Shown here: piece after piece, positions 60,851-64,000 of the stretch
Numbering within the stretch: position 1 is the stretch's first letter
Layout: every line of letters begins with the position of its first letter
NCBI GenBank assembly: GCA_034520965.1
Contig: JAXHMY010000001.1
Coordinates: forward strand, 576,001 to 640,000
Origin: Spirochaetia bacterium
Lineage (GTDB): Bacteria; Spirochaetota; Spirochaetia; DSM-16054; Sediminispirochaetaceae
DNA length: 64,000 bases
Direction: 5' to 3'
Notes under the pieces: model-generated
The model's database searches: none
Told to the model about the DNA's origin: nothing
The model's input: only the letters and a program-made list of their open reading frames with translations
Made by a program: the position numbers and the translations under genes

Positions 60851-61378
60851 CTACTGCAAATTTATTTCATACTCCCGGCGCTGCAGATATTCCCCCATAA
60901 GCTCGGAAGAGAGTACTATAAGGGGAACGGCTATCGCATAGCGGATCAGGGTAAACTCGATCCCCAGAAAAGAGGCTTCAAAGAGGGTCATCGGGATGCG
61001 ACAGACACCGGAGGCCCCTATATAGGTAAACAGAAAGGATAGGCGAGCGCCCTTGCGTTGCAGGGCGGCCGCAACCGGAAAGGCTACATACAGTCCACCC
61101 ACAGTGGTTCCGGCCAACAGTACCGCCCACAAGTGCGCCCGCAGACCGGCCTGCTTGCCTAGATGTCGCTCAACCACATGCTTTGGCACCCAGACTTCAA
61201 ACAGCCCGATTAAAATAAAGGCAAAGGGTACTATTTTAACCATTTCCCCGCCGAACTGCAAAAAACGGCGGCCCGCCGTGAGACCAAACTCAAAGCGGAA
61301 CAGGAGTGATCCCACAATAAACAATCCAAACAGGAGTCCCGGCAACAGGGGTTTTATGGGCGAATAAAACTTACTCAT
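60851..61378 (-). CDS. Half-size permease (DUF318/ArsP-like)
   Basis: LIGLFEVWVP, HLGKQAG, GGLYVAFPVA..L..KGA, CRIPM..FEASFLG. Confidence 0.82.
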   Translation of the reverse strand: MSKFYSPIKPLLPGLLFGLFIVGSLLFRFEFGLTAGRRFLQFGGEMVKIVPFAFILIGLFEVWVPKHVVERHLGKQAGLRAHLWAVLLAGTTVGGLYVAFPVAAALQRKGARLSFLFTYIGASGVCRIPMTLFEASFLGIEFTLIRYAIAVPLIVLSSELMGEYLQRREYEINLQ

Positions 61379-61857
61379 ACTACCTCCCCAAAATAGATTC
61401 CAATGCTTATTGCCACAATAAGAGCAATGAGTAAGCTTATAAAGTTTCGCACCAGAGCAACCTTCGTGCCTAAATAGTGACGCTCAACCGGAAATGTTAA
61501 CACACCAACCATCATGAGGGTGGTGGTAAATGCAGCCAGAACAATATAGGGGACCCCCTGCTTTAGCAGCAGTCCACTCAGGGGAAAAGCGATAAAGCCA
61601 GGCATCAGTGTGAGCGATCCAAGCAGCCCCGCAGCGGTGGTAGTATAAAACAAGTTCTCCCCTCCCAGATGCCGCACAAACACCTCCTGAGGCAAGACGG
61701 TACAGGGCCAATGCAACTGCCGAAGCATAGTCATAAACGGAGGCAAGAGTTTGAGAGATCGGCGCCAGGCGATCTGCAGCGCCTCCAGCGTCTTCTTGCG
61801 GCTGCCGATAAGCGAAGCAATCAAAGCAATAGTGCTCAAAATATAAAGAACAGACAT
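61375..61857 (-). CDS. Half-size permease (DUF318/ArsP-like)
   Basis: GSLTLMPGFIAFPL..LL..G, TTTLMMVGVLTFPVE..YLG...RN; AAAGGAG SD. Confidence 0.8.
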   Translation of the reverse strand: MSVLYILSTIALIASLIGSRKKTLEALQIAWRRSLKLLPPFMTMLRQLHWPCTVLPQEVFVRHLGGENLFYTTTAAGLLGSLTLMPGFIAFPLSGLLLKQGVPYIVLAAFTTTLMMVGVLTFPVERHYLGTKVALVRNFISLLIALIVAISIGIYFGEVV

Positions 61858-61909
61858 TAAACTATCTCCTTTGCATATGCTGCCGTTCATACTACCGGAA
61901 AAATTAGTG

Positions 61910-63199
61910 ACTGTCCCGAAGCTTATTGATTTTCTTAGGGCTTCTGGTTGTAGACATAATTAACATAAAGGCCTCTTTCAGCTATATGCATATTTTGGAA
62001 GGTACTCCCTTCCCTTTTTGAGGGGAGTACGATATAAGCGAAACCACAGCCCTTTCTCCCCGGGGGTAAGGTCGAGAAATGTGACAAAGGGTCTCCACAC
62101 GAACCGACTCTCGAGCATCGGCGCGACAAGCCTGCCATTCACACCGGCCAGATTCCAGTGCCATAGCCCGGCCTTCGGGTAGTTCTCTCGGTAGGGCTTT
62201 ATGCAATTATGGTGGAGCCGATACACACGCAGCCGCTCCAGCAGAGCGCTTGCATTTCTCGCGGTATTCACTGTATAGCGCACATAATTGACAATATCCT
62301 TACGGAATTGCCTGTCCATATAGTTAACAGCAAACAAATTATTTCCCCGTCCCGGCTGTTTGGTCCCCTTCGCCGCATCATGAATAATAGTCCCCTGCCG
62401 CAGCAACTGAGCAAAGGCCTTGTGTCGGCGAAAAGCCCGCGGGTAGGCCTGGTGATGGTCGGTATAGACCTTAAGAACGGTTTTATGCCGGCCAGCAAAC
62501 AGATGCAGAATCTCCTCGGCAAGCCTGGCCATCGACTTTTCAATCCCTTCGGGGTGGAGCCGCACACATCAAGAAATCGCGAAACGGTTTTTGGGAGGGG
62601 CTCATACGCCCCTTCGGCGCAGGGTGGTAAAGTCCATGGCGTCAGAAGTACTGGGTCTCCTTGCCGATGAGAATATTCAGGTGGTGGGGAAAATACCTGC
62701 TGTGCAGGTAGCCCTCAAAGCCGTCGGCCACCAGGTCCTCCTTAAGGTGCATATGCTGCCGGCTCAACGCATGAAAGCCCAGAGCCCAGTGGGCCACTAC
62801 GAGAGAGCCGGTTTCGGCAAGGCCGCGGCGGAGATTCCAGATTCCGGATAAATTCGAATTCCGGCAGGTGGACCTAAGCTGACGAAAGATCTGCTAGTAG
62901 GAAATAACTCTTTTTGCGTCGATAGTTTAAGCTGAAGGTCTGATCGCTGAAGGTGCGCTTGCAGGTCAAGACATTGGTAGCGCTGGACCCACCGAAGGCA
63001 TCTGTCCAGTGGGACCCATAGCGCCTATACCAATGACGGTGCTTACCTTCAAAGTGCTGGGAGCATTCCTTATAAGGACAAAATGGTGGTGTGCTCATGC
63101 TCTTAATCCTCCTTTTAGGTGGTATTACCTATATAGAGGGTTAAAAGTATGCTCTGCTTCAACTCGGTGGAAAATAAATTCAATCAGCTTCGAGACAGT
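61910..63199. mobile_element. Decayed IS-like element (about 1.29 kb) with 24-bp imperfect terminal inverted repeats
   Basis: Left end ACTGTCCCGAAGCTTATTGATTTT (61910-61933) versus the reverse complement of 63176-63199, ACTGTCTCGAAGCTGATTGAATTT: 21/24 identical. Confidence 0.72.
61978..63098 (-). pseudogene. IS1-like DDE transposase pseudogene
   Basis: N-terminal Zn finger PPFCP..EC...RYQC.TCKRTFS; ADGFE, VYTDHHQAY, NYMDRQFRKD, HN.IKPYR; several frameshifts and in-frame stops. Confidence 0.68.
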
Positions 63200-63296
63200 G
63201 ATTTTAGATTGCTAAAGAAGGCCGGGCCTAATAGAATATAGGCATCACCACCGCTGCCCTTTGAGGGCTGAAAGAAAGGAACTCATTATAAAATGT

Positions 63297-64000
63297 ATGC
63301 TTTACAATGTCGTGTCCGCTTTTGCCAGTTTCTTCATTGTACTCATTACGTGTGTCCCTGGTGACCGCATTGGGGGGGGCACCGGACTTTCGCTTTATGC
63401 ATATCGGCCAGGATGATGGGTTAAGCCAAAATTCGGCCAACTGCATTATCCAGGACAGCCGCGGATATATCTGGATAGCCACCTTCGACGGATTAAACCG
63501 ATTCGACGGTGAAGAGTTTAAGGTGTATCGGAACAATCCCTTCGATCCCGAAAGCCTTATCGACAGCGGCGTCACCTGGCTGGCCCCTGCCGCGGACGGC
63601 TCTATCTGGATAGCTACCCGCGAAGGTTTGGACCACTTTAATCCTCAGACCGAAGAGTTTATCCATTTTACCCACGACCCGGGCAATCCACACAGTCTGA
63701 GTGACAATTTTATCTACTTTGTAATGGTCGACAGCCAGGAGACACTGTGGGTGGCCACCCATAAAGGCGGCCTAAACCGGCTGGATGCGGACAGCATACA
63801 GTTTATACATTACGCACATACTCCAGGGAATCCGCGCAGCCTGGACAGCAACCTAATCTACAGTGTGTATGAAGATTCACAGGGCCTGATTTGGGTCGGC
63901 ACCGACAGAGGGGTGCAGAGTCTGAACAAGGCTACGGGAGAGGTTAAGCGCTACCCTCACCCTGATGAGGCTTTTGATGAAATCTACTGTATTTTTGAGG
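63297..64000 (+). CDS. Beta-propeller (Reg_prop) ligand-binding sensor protein, running off the right edge; probable frameshift after the signal peptide
   Basis: Hand translation: DGLSQNSANCIIQDSRGYIWIATFDGLNRFDG, SLSDNFI...DSQETLWVAT..GGLNR, EDSQGLIWVGT. Confidence 0.85.

Noticed and set aside
63212..63270. Remnant of a c-di-GMP-I riboswitch (GGGCCTAA...TAGGC...GCTGCC) upstream of the sensor gene
   Set aside because: Only a vague 3'-half resemblance; the GCAAA/GAAA 5' stem is absent and this cannot be supported without a covariance model
46690..64000. Intact integrative element or prophage at tRNA-Leu
   Set aside because: No integrase, phage or conjugation genes and no att repeat seen within the window

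Overview
64-kb chromosomal segment of an anaerobic bacterium, most likely a free-living Spirochaetota member. This is inferred from the rplM-rpsI-recX order, an archaeal-type pyrH, substrate-binding proteins with 'FxGG' N-termini and no lipobox, and the lolA-rodZ-rimO-uvrD block. Left to right: a truncated metH fragment; an O2-defence trio (rubredoxin, missed by the ORF track; desulfoferrodoxin; rubrerythrin); a degenerate WYL regulator; an NQR/RNF-like operon (B-C-D-E-F plus one unknown gene, with no NqrA, RnfC or RnfB); an XRE regulator; oppABCDF; proS; eno; housekeeping genes; a multisubunit Mrp/Mnh antiporter operon headed by a PII-like gene and a PTS EIIA gene; the pstSCAB-phoU-phoB-phoR locus; and tRNA-Leu(CAA). 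An accessory-looking tail follows: a DUF2283 remnant, vapBC, fprA, pntAB, an SBP plus histidine kinase, TetR-MMPL-LolA-like-DUF1302, a cupin, two convergent split-permease pairs, a decayed IS with terminal inverted repeats, and the start of a beta-propeller sensor. About ten otherwise intact genes carry frameshifts, which points to long-read indel errors rather than biology. The best candidates for undescribed biology are (1) the NqrA-less NQR-like complex with an unknown extra gene, lying just upstream of the rubredoxin/SOR/rubrerythrin genes, and (2) the PII-like/EIIA-headed Mrp operon, whose two MrpD paralogues both have Arg in place of the near-invariant TM7 Lys. All family assignments come from motif recognition by eye; no searches were run.
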